Source: the human T2T-CHM13v2.0 reference genome, Homo sapiens
Assembly (NCBI RefSeq): GCF_009914755.1
Contig: NC_060927.1
Strand: one strand, 5' to 3'
DNA: 64,000 nt
The notes below the pieces were generated by a model, which was not told the DNA's origin, ran no database searches, and worked only from the letters and a program-made list of their open reading frames with translations. Positions 13,033 to 27,060 of this stretch are shown in pieces. Position 1 is the first letter of the stretch, and every line of letters starts with the position of its first letter. The position numbers and the translations under genes are program-made.

Positions 13033-14543
13033 AATGTATGTAGAAATTGATAAATCATTGTATTAGTCTGCTTTCACACTGCTGTTAAAGACATACCCAA
13101 GACTAGGAAGAAAAATAGGTTTATTGTAGTCAAAGTTCCACTTGGCTGGGGAAGCCTCACATTCATGGTGGAAGATGAAAGGCTCTTCTTACATGGTGGT
13201 GGCAACAGAGAATGAGAGAGAAGCCAAAGCAGAAACCACTTAAAAAACTATCAGGTCTCCTGAGACTTATTCACTACCATGAGAACCGTATGGGGGAAAC
13301 TGACTCCGTGATTCAGTTATCTCCCACAAGGTCCCTCCCACAACAGGTGGGAATTATGTGAGTACAATTCAGTGAGATTTGGGTTGGGACAAAGAGCCAA
13401 ACCATATTATTCTGCCCCTGGCCCCTGTCAAATCTCATGTCTTCACACTTCAAAACCAATCATGCCTTCCCAAAAGTCTTCCAGAGTCTTAACTCATTTC
13501 AGCATTAACTCAAAAGTGCAGAGTCCAAAGTCTCATCCAAGACAAGGCAAATTTCTGCCTATGTGCCTGTAAAATAAAAAACAAGTTAATTACTTCCTGG
13601 GTACAGGCATTGGGTAAATACAGGCATTCCAAATGGGAGAAATTGGCCAAAACAAAGGGGCTACGGGCCCCATGCAAATCCAAAATCCAGCAGGGCAGTC
13701 AAATCTTAAAGCTCCGAAATCATCTCCTTTGACTCCATGTCTCACATCCAGGTCATGTTTATGTAAGAGGTGGGTTCCTGTGGTCTTGGGCAGCTCTGCC
13801 CCTGTGGCTTTGCGGGGTACAGCCTCCCTCTTGGCTGCTTTCATGGGCTGCCATTGAGTGTCTACAGCTTTTCCAGGTGTATGGTCTTTCTACTGTGGAT
13901 CTGCCATTCTGGAATCTGGAGGATGGTGGCCCTCTTCTTACAGCTCCATTAGGCAGTGCCCCTGTAGGAACTCTGTGTGGAGGCTCTGACCCCACATTTC
14001 CCTTCCGCACTTTAAGATTTGACTGCCCTGCTGGATTCCCTTCCACACTGCCTTAGCAGAGGTTCTCCATGAGAGCCCTGCCCCTGCAGCAAACTTCTGC
14101 CTGGACATCCAGGTGTTTCCATACATCTTCTGAAATCTAGGCAGAGGTTCCTAAGTCCTAATTCTGTTTTTTATTTTATTTTTCCGTAAGTTATTGGGGT
14201 ACAGGTGGTATTTGGTTACATGCATGAGTAAGTTCTTTAGTGGTGATTTGTGAGATTTTGGTGCACCTATCACCTGAGCAGTATACACTACACCATATTT
14301 GTAGTCTTTTATCCCTTTCCCACCTCTCACCACTCCCACCATTCCCCCCAAGTCCCCAAAATCCATTGTGTCATTCTTATGCCTTTGTGTCCTCATAGCT
14401 TTGCTCCCATGTATCAGTGAGAACATACGATGTTTGGTTTCCCATTCCTGCATTACTTCACTTAGAATAATAGTCTCCAGTCTCATCCAGGTCACTGATA
14501 ATGCTGTTAATTCATTCCTTTTTAAGGATTCGTAGTATTCCAT

Positions 14544-14546
14544 TGT

Positions 14547-14598
<52 letters not shown>
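14544..14598. repeat. (TG)n(TA)n microsatellite inside the L1PB1
   Basis: read directly. Confidence 0.9.
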
Positions 14599-14599
<1 letters not shown>

Positions 14600-15485
14600 G
14601 TCAATCATCAATCTATGTGATATATATCTCACAGTTTCTTTATCCACTCATTGATTGATGGGTATTTGGGTTGGTTCTATGAGTTTGCAGCTGTGAATTG
14701 TGCTGCTATAAACATGCGTGTGCGAGTATGTTTTTTGAATAATGACTTATTTTCCTCTGGGTAGATACCCAGTAGTGGGATTGCTGGATCAAATGATAGT
14801 TCTACTTTTAGTTCTTAAAGAATCTCCACACTGTTTTCCATAGCAATTGTACTAGTTTGTATTCCCACCAGCAGTGTAGAAGTGTTCCCTGTTCACTGCA
14901 TCCATGGCAACATCTATTGTTTTTTGATTTTTTGATTATGACCATACTTGCAGGAGTAAGGTGGTATCACATTGTGGTTTTGGTTTAAATTTCCCTGATC
15001 ATTAGTAATTTTGAGCATTTTTTCATATGTTTGTTGGCCATTTGTATATCTTCTTTTGAGAATTGTCTATTCATGTCCTTAGCCCACTTTTTGATGGGAT
15101 TGTTTATCTTACAGATTTAAGTTTGTTGTAGATTCTGGATATTAGTCCTTTGTTAGATGTATAGATTGTGAAGATTTTCTTCCAGTCTGTAGGTTGTTTA
15201 CTCTGCTGACTGTTCCCTTTTCCATACAAAAGCTCTTTAGTTTAATTAGGTCCCAGCTATTTATCTTTGTTTTTATTGCATTTGCTTTTGGGTTCATGGT
15301 CATGAAATCCTTGCTTAAGCCAATGTCTAGAAGGGTTTTTCCAATGTTATCTTCTAGAATTTTTATAGTTTCAGGTCTTAGGTTTAAGTCCTTAATGCAT
15401 CTTGAGTTGATTTTTGTATAAGGTGAGAGATGAGGATGTAGTTTCATTCTCCTACATGTGGCTAGCCAGTTATCTCAACACCATT

Positions 15486-15779
15486 TTGTTTGGTTTGGTT
15501 TTGTATTTTTGAGACAGAGTCTCACTCTGTCACCAAGGCTGGAGTAAAGTGGCATGATCTTGGCTGACTGCAACCTCCCACCTCCTGGGTTGAAGTAATT
15601 CTCCCTGCCTCAGCCTCCCAAGCAGCTGAGATTACAGGTACCCGCCACCACACCTGGCTAATTTTTTTGTATTTTTTTGGTAGAGACAGGGTTTCACCAT
15701 GTTGGCCAGGCTGGTCTTGAACTCCTGACTTCAGATGATTCACCTGCCTTGTCCTCCCCAAAGTGCTAGGATTACAGGC
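15486..15779 (-). mobile_element. AluS inserted in L1PB1 ORF2
   Basis: gagacagagtctcactctgtc...cccaaagtgctaggattacaggc; TSD caacaccattt / cagtaccattt. Confidence 0.93.
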
Positions 15780-18700
15780 CCAGTACCATTTGTGAAAATG
15801 GTGTCCTTTCCCCATTTTATGTTTTTGTTTGCTTTTCGAAGATCAGTTGGCTTTTAAGTATTTGGATTTATTTCTGGATTCTCTATTCTGTTCCATTGGT
15901 CTATGTGCCTGTTTTTGTGCCAGTACTATGCTGTTTTGGTGACTATGGCCTTACAGTGTAGTTTGAAATTAGGTAGTGTGATGCCTCTAGATTTGTTCTT
16001 TTTGCTTAGTCTTGCTTTGGCTATGTGCGCTCTTTTTTGGTTCCATATGAATTTTAGAAATGTTTTTTCTAATTTTTTGAAGAATGATGGTGGTTTTTTG
16101 ATGGGGATTGCATTGATTTGTAGATTGCTTTTGGCAACATGGTCATTTTCACAATATTGATTCTACCCATCCATGAGCACGGGATGTGTTTCCATTCATT
16201 TGTGTCATCTGTGATGTTTTTCAGCATCATTTTATAGCTTTCCTTGCAGAAGTCTTTTGACTCCTTGGTTAGGTATATTCCTGAGTATTTTATTATTATT
16301 ATTTTTTGCAGCTATTGTACAAGGAGTTGAGTTCTTGATTTGATTCTGTTTAGTCGCTGTTGGTATATGGAAGAGCTACTGACTTGTGTACATTAATCTT
16401 GTATCCAGGAACTTTGCTGATTCTTTTATCAGTTCTAGGAGCTTTCTGGAGGAGTCCTTAGGGTTTTCAAGGTAAACGATCATATTGTCAGCAAACAGTG
16501 ACAGTTTCACTTCTTCTTTACCGATTTGGATGCCCTTTATTTCTTCCTTCTTGTCTGATTGCTCTAGCTAGGAGTTCCAGTACTATGTTGAAGAGGAGTG
16601 GTGAGAGTGGGCATCCTTATCTTGTTCCAGTTCTCAGAGGGAATGCTTTCAACTTTTCTCCATTCAGTATTATGTTGGCTGTGGGTTTGTCATAGATGGC
16701 TTTTATTATGTTAAGGTATATTGCATGTATGCCAATTTTGCTGAAAGTTTTAATCATAAAGGGATGCTGGATTTTATCTAATGCTTGGTCTGCATCTATT
16801 GAAATGATCATGCGATTTTTGTTTTTAATTCTGTTTATGTGGTGTATCACATTTATTGACTTGTGTATGTTAAACCATCCCTCCACCACTGGTATGAAAC
16901 CCACATGATCATGGTGGATTATCTTTTTGATATGTTGTTGGATTTGGTTAGCTAGTAGTTTGTTAAGGACTTTAGGATGTATGTTCATCAAGGATATCGG
17001 TCTGTAGTTTTTGTTTTTGGTTATGTCCTTTCCTGGTTTTGGTATTAGGGTGATGCTGGCTTCATCGAATGAATTAGGGAGGGTGGCTTCTTTCTCTATC
17101 TTGTCAAAGATAGTGTCAAAAGGATTGGTACCAATTCTTCTTTGAATGTCTGGTGGAATTCTGCTGTAAATCCCTCTTGTCCTGAACTTTTTTTGGTTGG
17201 TATTTTTTAAATTACCATTTCAATCTCGCTGCTTGTTATTGGTCTGTTTGTGGTATCTAATTCTTCCTGATTTAAGCTAGGAGGGTTGTATTTTTCCAGG
17301 AATTTATCCATCTCTTCTAGGTTTTCAGTTTATGTGTGTAATGGTGTTCATAATAGCCTTGAATGATCTTTTGTATTTCTGTGGTGTCAGTTGTGATATC
17401 TCCTGTTTCATTTGTTAGTGAGGTTATTTGGATTTTCTCTCTTCTTTTCTTGGTTAATCTTGCCAGTGCTCTATCAATTTTATTTATCTTTAAAAAGAAC
17501 CAGGGTTTTTTTTCATTATCTTTTGTAATTTTTTTAATTTCAATTTCATTTAGTTTTGCCCTGATCTTTGTTACATCCCTTTTTCCACTGGGTTTGGGTT
17601 TGGTTTGTTCTTGTTTCTCTAGTTCCTAGAGGTGTAACCTTAGAGTGTCAGTTTGTGCTCCTTCAGTCTTTTTGTTACAGGCATTTAGGGCTATGAACTT
17701 TCCTCTTAGCACCACCTTGCTGTATCCCAGAGGTGTTGATAGGTTGTGTCATTATTGTTGTTCAGTTTGAAGAATTTTTAAATTTCCATCTTGATTTCTT
17801 GTTTGACCCAATGATCATTCAGGAGCAGGTTATTTAATTTCTGTGTATTTGCATGTTTTTGATGGTTCCTCTTGGAGTTGATTTCCAGTTTTATTCCACT
17901 GTGGTTTGAGAGAGTGCTTGATATAGTCTGTTTTGGAGAAAGTTCCATGTGCTGTTGAATAGAATGTGTATTCTTCAGCTGTTGGGTGAAATATTCTGTA
18001 TGTATCTGCTAAATCCATTTGTTCCAAGGTGTAGTTTAAGTCCGTTGTTTCTTTGTTGACTTTCTGTTTTGATGACCTGTCTAGCACTGTCAGTGGAGTA
18101 TTGAAGTCTCCCACTATTATTGTGTTGCTATCTGTCTCATTTCTTAGGTCTCTGAGTAATTGTTTTATAAATTTGGGAGCTCTAGTGTTAGGTGTGTATA
18201 TGTTTACGATTGTGATATTTTCCTCTTGGACAAGGCCTTTTACCATTATATAATGTCCCTCTTTGTCTCTTTTAACTGCTGTTGCTTTAAAGTTTGTTTT
18301 GTCTGATACAAAAATAACTACCCTTACTTGCTTCTGGTGGCTATTTGTATGAAATTCCTTTTTCCACTCCTTATACTTTAAGTTTGTGTGAGTTCTTACA
18401 TGCTAGGTGAGTCTCCTGAAGGCAGCAGATAGTTGGTTGGTGAGTTCTTATCCATTCTGTGGTTCTGTATCTTATAAATGGAGCATTTAGGCCATTTACA
18501 TTCCATGTTAGTATTGAGATGTGAGGATCCATTGCATTCATGCTGTTTGCTGTTTTTTTGTTTGTTTTTTGTTTTTGCTTTTTAACTTGTATTTTTGTTT
18601 TGTAGGTCCTATGTGATCTATGCTTTAAAAATGTTCTGTTTTGATGTGTTTTTGGGATTTGTTTCAAGATTTAGAGCTCCTTTTACCAGTTCTTGGTAAA

Positions 18701-21700
18701 AGAGCTGAGACTTTCCAGAGCATTTTGCATTTCTAAAAGTGTGTCCAAAGTTTCCTGAATTTTTGTTTTTTCTTTAAACTATCTATTTTCTTGAATATTT
18801 CTACCTTAACTTCTTGTATCATATTTTGGATTTCATTGCATTGGGGTTCGCCTTCCTCTGGTCCCTCCCTGATTAGCTTATTGACTAACCTCCTGAATTC
18901 TTTTTCAGGTAAATCAGGGATTTCTTCTTGGTTTGGATCCCTTGCTGCTGAACTAGTGTGATTTGGTTGGGGGGGCGAGGTTGAAGAGCCTTGTTTCTTC
19001 ATATTACTAGGGTTGGTTTTCTGGTTCCTTCTCATTTGGGTAGGCTCTGTCAGAGGGAGGTTCTAAGGCTGAAGGCTGTTGTTCAGATTCTTTTGTCCCA
19101 TGGGGTGTTCCCTTGATGTAGTGCTCTCCCCCTTTTCTATGGATGTGGTTTCCTGTGAGCCGATCTGCAGTGATTGTCTTCTCTCTTCTGGGTCTAGCCA
19201 CTCAGTGAGTCTACCCGGCTCCAGGCTGGTAGTGGTGTTGCCTGTACAGGGTCCTGTGATGTGAACCATTTATGGGTCTCAGCTGTGAATACCAGTGCCT
19301 GTTCCAGTGGAGGTGGCCAGGGAGCAGGGGTGCAACAGGACTCCTTGAAGGTTCCTAGCTTTGGTGGTTTAATGCTCTATTTTTGTGCTGGTTGGCCTCC
19401 TGCCGGGAGGTTATGCTCTCCAGAGAGCACCAGCTGTGGTGGTATCAGGAGGAACCAGGGTGGGCAGGGCCCTAGAACTCCCAGGATTATATGCCCTTTG
19501 TTTTCTGCTACCAGGGTAGGTAGGGAAGGACCATCAGGTCAGGGCGGGGCTAGGTGTATTGAGCTCAGACTCTCCTTGGGCAAGTCTTGCTGTGGCTACT
19601 GTTGGGGATGGGGGTGAGATTCCCAGGTCCCTGGAGTTGTTTACCTATGAGGATCATGGCTCCCTCTGCTGAGTCATGCAGGTTATCAGGGAAGTGGGGG
19701 AAAGCCAGCAGTCACAAGCCTCACCCAGCTCCCACGCAAACCAAAGGGCCCCTGTCTCACTCCCACTGTGCCCCCACAACAACTCCCAGTCTGTTTCTAG
19801 GTGGAGAGTGATGTGGGCTTGAAAACCTGCCCCAGGCTACCCACCTCCCAGCTGTGAAAGAAAAGGGTTTGACTCTTCCCCCACCTGTGGAGTCTGCACA
19901 CCGGATTTGCACCCTCCCCCAAGTTCTGGCCAGGAAGCTTCTCACCCCATTTAGATTGCTAGAAGGTTCAGCTAGCGTTTTCCTTCTCCCTGTGGAATTT
20001 TACCCCCTGCTCCTCTCCCATTGAATCCCTGTGGTGCCAGGCAGGAATGGCCTGCTTGGCGACCCAGCGAGCTCACAGGGCCTTTCTACTGCTTCCCCTA
20101 CCACTGTATTTCGCTCGGCTCTCCAAATTGACTCAGCTCCAGAAAAAGTCAGAAACTTCTCCCACAAACAGACCTTCAGCTTCACCAGTTGGGGTGTATG
20201 TTGGGGAGAGGAGGGTCTCCCTTTTCCACTTCCACAGTTGGGGGTCACCTGGGTCCTGCAGGAGCAGTCTGCTTCCCTCAGAGGGTCTGTGGGTCCTCTC
20301 GGGGTTGCTGGCCAAACCCGGATTCTTGACTTCTGTGCACTGGCAGGCTCAACACCACGTGGAAGCTGCCAAGGCTCGGTGCTTGCATCCTCTGAAGCCA
20401 CAGCCTGAGCTCTATGTTGAACTCTTTCAGCCATGCCTGGAGTGGCTGGGATGCAGGGCACCAGGTCCATAGGCTGCACACAGCACCAGGGACCCTGGGC
20501 CTGGCCCAGGAAACCACTTTTTCTTTCTAGGCCTCTGGGCCTGTGATGGGAGGAGCTGCTGTAAAGACCCCTGACATGGTCTGGAGACATTTTCCCTGTT
20601 GTCTTGGTGATTAATATTCAGCTCCTTGTTACTTATGCAAATTTCTACAGCTGGCTTGGATTTCTCCTCAGAAAACAGGATTTTCTTTTCTATCACATTG
20701 TCAGGCTAAAAATTTTTTGAACTTTTATGCTCTGCTTCCCACATAAAACTGAATGCCTTTAACAGCACCCAAGTCACATCTTGAATGCTTTGCTGCTTGG
20801 AAATTTCTTCCGCCAGATACCCTAAATCATCTCTCTCATGTTCAAAGTTCCACAAATCCGGGGCAAAATGCGGCCAGTCTCTTTGCTAAAACATAACAAG
20901 AATCACCTTTGCTCTAGTTCCCAACAAGTTCCTCATTTGCATCTGAGACCATATCAGCCTGGACTTTACTGTACATATCACTGTCAACATTTTGGACAAA
21001 GCCTTTCAACAAGTCTCTAGGAAGTTCCAAAGTTTCTCACATTTTCCTGTCTTCTGAGCCCTCCAAACTGTTCCAACCTGTGCCTGTTACCCAATTCCGA
21101 AGTTGCTTCCACATTTTTGGGTATCTTTTCAGCAACACCCCACTCTACAGGTATCAATTTACTGTATTAGTGCATTTTCCGACTGCTAATAAAGACGTAT
21201 CCGAGACTGGGAAGAAAAAGAGGTTTATTGGAGTCACAGTTCTGTGTGGCTAAGGAGGCCTCACAGTCAGGGCGGAACGTGAAAGGCACTTCTTACATGG
21301 TGGTGGCAAGAGAGAATAAGAAATCAAAGCAGAAACCCCTTATAAAACCATCAAATCTTGTGAGTCTTATTCACTACCATGAGAACAGTATGGGGGAAAC
21401 CACCTCAATGATTCAATTATCTCCCACCAGGTTCCTCCCACAACATGTAGGAATTATGTGAGTACAATTCAAGATGAGATTTGGGTGAGGACTCAGAGGC
21501 AAACAATATCAGTCACTTCCAAAATTGTATGCAAATTCAAAGAATAGCTAAGGAAATCTGAAAGAAGAAGAATACTGAGGCATTTACACCACAAAATACG
21601 AAAACTTATTATAATGCTATAGTATATACCCCAGTACAATATTGGTGCAGGGATAGACAAATTTACTAGCAGGAAATACTAGAAAATTTAAAAGCAGACC

Positions 21701-22630
21701 CACCATTTATTAAGTGACCTGATTTACAAGATGGTATTGCAATAATATGAGAAAAACATTTTTCAATAAATCTGGGGCTTGCAGGATATCCACATTGGAA
21801 TACATATATATATTGACCTCTTATACCTTATACACAAAAGTCAATGCCAAATGAACTAGAGCTCTAAATCTGAAAGATGCAATTATAAAGCTAAAAATAT
21901 TTCATGAGTTTTGAATGGTAGATATTTATTAAACCGAACCCCCAAAATAAAAAAAATAACATAAAAATATAAACGATATTACATATTGAACTACATTAAT
22001 ATTAAAGGCTTTTATTCATTAAAAGAAACCAGTAAGAACAGCAAAAGGCAACACACAGGTTGGAAGACTATATTTGCAGTACAGTTATTTTAAAAAGGAT
22101 TTATATTCAGAATATTTAAAGAACTCCCACAAACCAACAAGAAGACAGATGAAGATGACACGGTAGAAAAAATGGACCCAAAGTCTTATGTGAGTATTTG
22201 AGAAGTGAGAATGGCCAAATAGTCAATAGACATATGAAAAGGAACTTAATCTTTAAAATGCATTAAAACTTGAAGATTAGAAGGATTGATAGATATGTTA
22301 TTTAAAAATGTATACTAGAATAGTATCATATTTATGTGGTACATATAATATTTATGTGGAACATATAAGGTTGTCATTGTAAAATTCTTTATTCTTTTTT
22401 TGGTTCCAAAATTGTTATCATGAATATATTGGAATAATATTTAGAACATAATGAATTTTCAATATGCACATAAAAAAATGACTAAACTGAAAACAAAATA
22501 AAATGTCAATTTTCGAAGAGGATATGGGGCAAGTAGAGCTCTCATACACCACTAGTGAGTGTGAAAATTGGTATAACTACTTTGGGAAACTATTTGGCAA
22601 TATCTATTAAATCTTAATACACACATTCCC

Positions 22631-22933
<303 letters not shown>

Positions 22934-23287
22934 TAGCTACAACCTGGCTATTCTACCTCTAGATATATGCACAGTAGAAATGTGTATACATCTTTACAAA
23001 GAAACGTGGACATAACTGCCAATCAGCAGTAAAATATATAAATAAATGGTTGTCTAGGCATAAAAATACTATAAAGCAAAGAAACTGAAAAAAAATCTGT
23101 TTTTATACAGCACTATAGATGAATGCCACAAATATTGTTGAACAAAAGAAACTGGAAACCAAAGAGCACATACAGTGTGATTCCACGTATGTAAAATTCA
23201 AAACAGGCAAAATTAATCTATAGTCTTTGAGGTCACGATAAAGGTGACTGGAAGGGGCCAGAAATCAGGCTTTTAAAATGCTGGTAA

Positions 23288-23560
<273 letters not shown>

Positions 23561-24039
23561 AATGCTGGTGATATGCTGTTTTGACATAGATGATAGCTAC
23601 ATGGGTCTGTTCCATTTGAGAAAAATTTATCGATCTGTACATTTAGCCATATACTTTGTTCTGTTCCCTGGGAGAAACTCCCTTTTGAATTGTGTCTGTG
23701 TTTTCTGGTTATGCTTTTGAGAAAATATTTTTCTCATCCATAAACACAGCTGAAGTGGTCCTTGGAGAGTTATTCTTGTCAGTTGAACAGGTTACATTGC
23801 CTATTGGTGCAGTTTTGGAGGCCCACAGACAGCTTTAGAGTTGGAAAGACTTACTCATTGCAGATATATGATTTATTTGGAAATAACATTTTCTTTAAAA
23901 GCTTGGTAGGCTTTGGTCAGTTTCATGTTTGACTTGAGAAACTACAGCCATTGACTTCATATAGAGAGATACCACATCATAGGAGGCAGAGAATACACAC
24001 ACACCTCTCTGTGCTTGGGCCCAGTTATGAAACATTATT

Positions 24040-24348
24040 TGGTTTTTTGTTCGTTTGTTTGTTTTGAGACAGAGTCTTGCTCTGTCGCCCAGGCTGGAGT
24101 ACAGTGGTGTGATCTCGGCTCACTGCAACCTCTGCCTCCTGGGTTCAAGAGATCCTCCTGCCTCAGCCTCCTGAGTCGCTGGGACTACAGGTGTCTACCA
24201 CCACTCCTGGTTAATTTTTTTGTACTTTTTATAGAGATAGAGTTTCGCCGTATTGGCCAGGCTGGTCTCAAACTCATGACTTCAAGTGATCCACCTGCCT
24301 CAGCCCCCAAAGTGCTGGGATTACAGGCATGAATCACTGCGCCTGGCC
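24040..24348 (-). mobile_element. AluS
   Basis: gagacagagtcttgctctgtcgcccaggctgg...cactgcgcctggcc. Confidence 0.93.
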
Positions 24349-24767
24349 AAAAGATCACTTCTTATTGTTGCATTGACCAGAACTAGTGATATCATCGGGA
24401 CTCAGATATGGAGGGAAATTCAAGGAATAATTGGTGAGTATTATTGTCTGTGTAATGACTGCCCAAATCTCGGAATCTACTTTTAATTTTAGAACTCATG
24501 AGGTTTTCTTGGTGGTTGCTTTTTTTCTCTTCAAGAAAATTCATAAATATTTTCTGCTCATGTATTCCATTCTCTCATGGGATGAGATAAAGTTTGAAAC
24601 CTTTTAACCTGTTCCTTGAATTTCTTAACAAGTCTTTCATAATTTTTAATTATTTTGTTTCTTGTAGGTAAATAAGGATAAATTATCAGTAACATATGTC
24701 TATGTATATTCCAGTTTATTAGTCACTTTTTATCTAGTCTAGTGTTTAGCCTAGCCTGATTCCAACT

Positions 24768-24813
<46 letters not shown>

Positions 24814-24836
24814 CGTGTATGTGTGTGTGCGCGCGC
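24768..24836. repeat. (TA)n(TG)n(CG)n alternating purine-pyrimidine tract
   Basis: read directly; abuts the Tigger3 left end. Confidence 0.92.
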
Positions 24837-25254
24837 AAAGTCATGTGCCACAAAACCACATACATGTGATGATGGTCCCGTAAGATTATAATCGAGCTGA
24901 AAAATTCCTCTTGCCTGTGACGTTGTAGCTATCATAACATCATAGCACAATGCATTACTCCTGTATTTGTGGTGATGCTGATGTAAACAAACCTACTGCG
25001 CTGCTAGTCATATAAAAGTATAGTGCATATTATTATGTACAGTACATAATACTTGAACATTATAAATGACTGTGTTACTGGTTTATGTATTTACTATACT
25101 ACCCTCTTCATCATTATTTCTACTTATAAAAAAGTTTACTGTAAAACAGTGTATCATGTTATGTGGACAGATGCCTTGCATCTCATGTTTATTGTGTCTC
25201 TTGATTACATCATTTTATCTTGCATCGATTTAATTTTGTGTTGTTTTATTCATT

Positions 25255-27060
25255 ATGACCCCAACCATATAAAATCCATACCTAATATTCTCAGTAAGAG
25301 GCCATGTGGAGTGACCAACCTGGAAACAAAGTCAAAAGTGATTAAGGATTATTTAGGTGGGAAATTAATGATGATTATTGCACACCAGTCAGGCGTGTCC
25401 CATTCCACCATAGCTATGATCTTGAATGACAAGAACAAAGTAATAGGAGTTGTTAAAGTATCTGCTCATTGAAAGCAGCAAAACTAACAAGAATTGGAGA
25501 AGGGCCTGTATCAGATACGGAGAAACTTGCAGTGATCTAGCATGAAGACCAGACACAGAAGTCTAGCCTTCTCAGCACCATGACAGTTATGACTAAAGCA
25601 AAAAGATTGTTTGCTATGTTGAAAGCAAAGGTTTGACCTGTCTATGATGCTGAATTTACTGCTAGCTCTGGGTTGTTTAAATGATTCAAGAATTGATGTT
25701 CATTACATGATGGAAAAGTGATGGTAAGTCTATGAATGCTGATGTGAAGACAGCTGAAGAATTTTTAGAAACTCTAGATAAGCTGATTGTGGAGGAAAAT
25801 TACTTGTCATAGAAAATCTCCAGTATGGATGAAACGTCTCTATTCTGGAAACAGATGCCTGGAAGGACTTTCATCCAAAATGAGGTCAAGTCAATGCTAA
25901 GTTTCAAGACTTTTAAGGACAGAACAACAGTCTTGCTTAGGGGCAGTGTTATGGGCTACATATTGAATTCATTTGTGATCTGGCACAGAAAACACCTCAG
26001 GGTCTTCAAGTATGTCAGTAAGAACACACTGCCAATGTGTTACAAGAACAATAAGAACTCATCGATGACCCACCTTCTCTTTCAAGATGCCCTTCTGAGT
26101 TGCTGCTATGCCAGTGAAATGGAGAGATACTGTTTGAAGAATAACATACTTTTAAATTTTTTGCTTATTATTGATAATGCTCCTGCATATCCTCCTTTTA
26201 TTGGTGATCTTCATTTCAATAACAAAATCATGTGTCTCTCTCCAGACAACTCTCTGATCCAACCAATGGATCATGGATTACAGCAGCTTTTAAGGCCTGC
26301 AATTTAGGAGGATCTTTGTCCATGCTATTGCTACAACCAAGGAATACACCGAGAAAACACTGTTTCAATTCTGGAAGGATGACTGCATGAAGAACCTTGC
26401 TTGGGCTTGAGATAATGTCAGCAAAGAAGGTATGAATGGCATAGGGAAGAAGACAATCGAGTTTGTCCGTGATTTCAGAAGACATACCGAGAATGTATAT
26501 GATGCAAACATCAACAAGGTTGTGGTTGAGATGGCAAACAACTTTAATGTGGACGTGGATGAGGATGACATTGAGGACCTCTTATAGGTGGTTCCTGAGA
26601 AATTGCTTAAGGATGAGTGGAATAGGAATGCATAGATGAACAAGAAACAAAAGCAAAGGAAAGTGCAGGAAAAGAAAAAGGAGAACCCCCAGAAAATTCA
26701 CAAGTGTTTAGTAGAAGCTTTTGCAGACCTCAACAAGCTTCCTAAAAATTTGGAAACATGGACCCCCAACACCAAAAGGTTTTCATTAATAGAGAAGAAT
26801 GTTCATGGTGTATTATCTACTTACAAGCAAATCTGTGATGAATAGAAGAAACAAACCAAGCAAACCACCATGGACAATTTCTGAAAAGTGTGACACCTCC
26901 TCTGGAAGAGCCTCAGGCAGGTTCTTCAGAAAGTATTCCAGAAGGCATTGCCATCATACGAAATGGCAGCTTCATGCCTGCTTTTGCCCCTGAAGACCTT
27001 TCAGTGGGACAGGATAAGGAGGTGGAAGACAGTGATATTGATGATCTTGAATCTGTGCAG
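25255..27060 (+). pseudogene. degenerate Tigger/pogo transposase (CENP-B-type HTH plus DDE_1 domain)
   Basis: NLETKSKVIKDYLGGK..IAHQSGVSHSTIAMILNDKNKV (HTH); MDETSLFWKQMPGRTFI, LLIIDNAPAYP and SLIQPMDHG (catalytic motifs); multiple stops and frameshifts. Confidence 0.9.

Larger units (their letters stand above)
14166..20311 (-). mobile_element. near-full-length L1PB1 (L1PBa 5' end), degenerate, with a large ORF1 deletion
   Basis: L1PB1 3' end taagttattggggtacaggtggtatttggttacatg; ORF2 fragments for RT ([28 protein letters not shown]) and EN (IIVGDFNTPL, ICCLQETHL); ORF1 N-terminus 18733-19035; GC-richer 5'UTR to ~20311. Confidence 0.93.
13059..21511 (-). mobile_element. two-LTR THE1 (ERVL-MaLR) element: 3' LTR 13059-13409, internal 13410-14165 and 20312-21162, 5' LTR 21163-21511
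   Basis: Both LTRs run tgtattag...a(c/a)atat(t/c)a; polypurine-tract complement ttctgcccctggcccc at 13410; internal start complement cccactctacaggtatcaatttac; degenerate 5-bp TSD atcat/gtcac. Confidence 0.92.

Noticed and set aside
20000-20696. Overlapping 100-200 aa ORFs
   Set aside because: Chance open frames across the GC-richer L1 5'UTR / THE1-internal junction.
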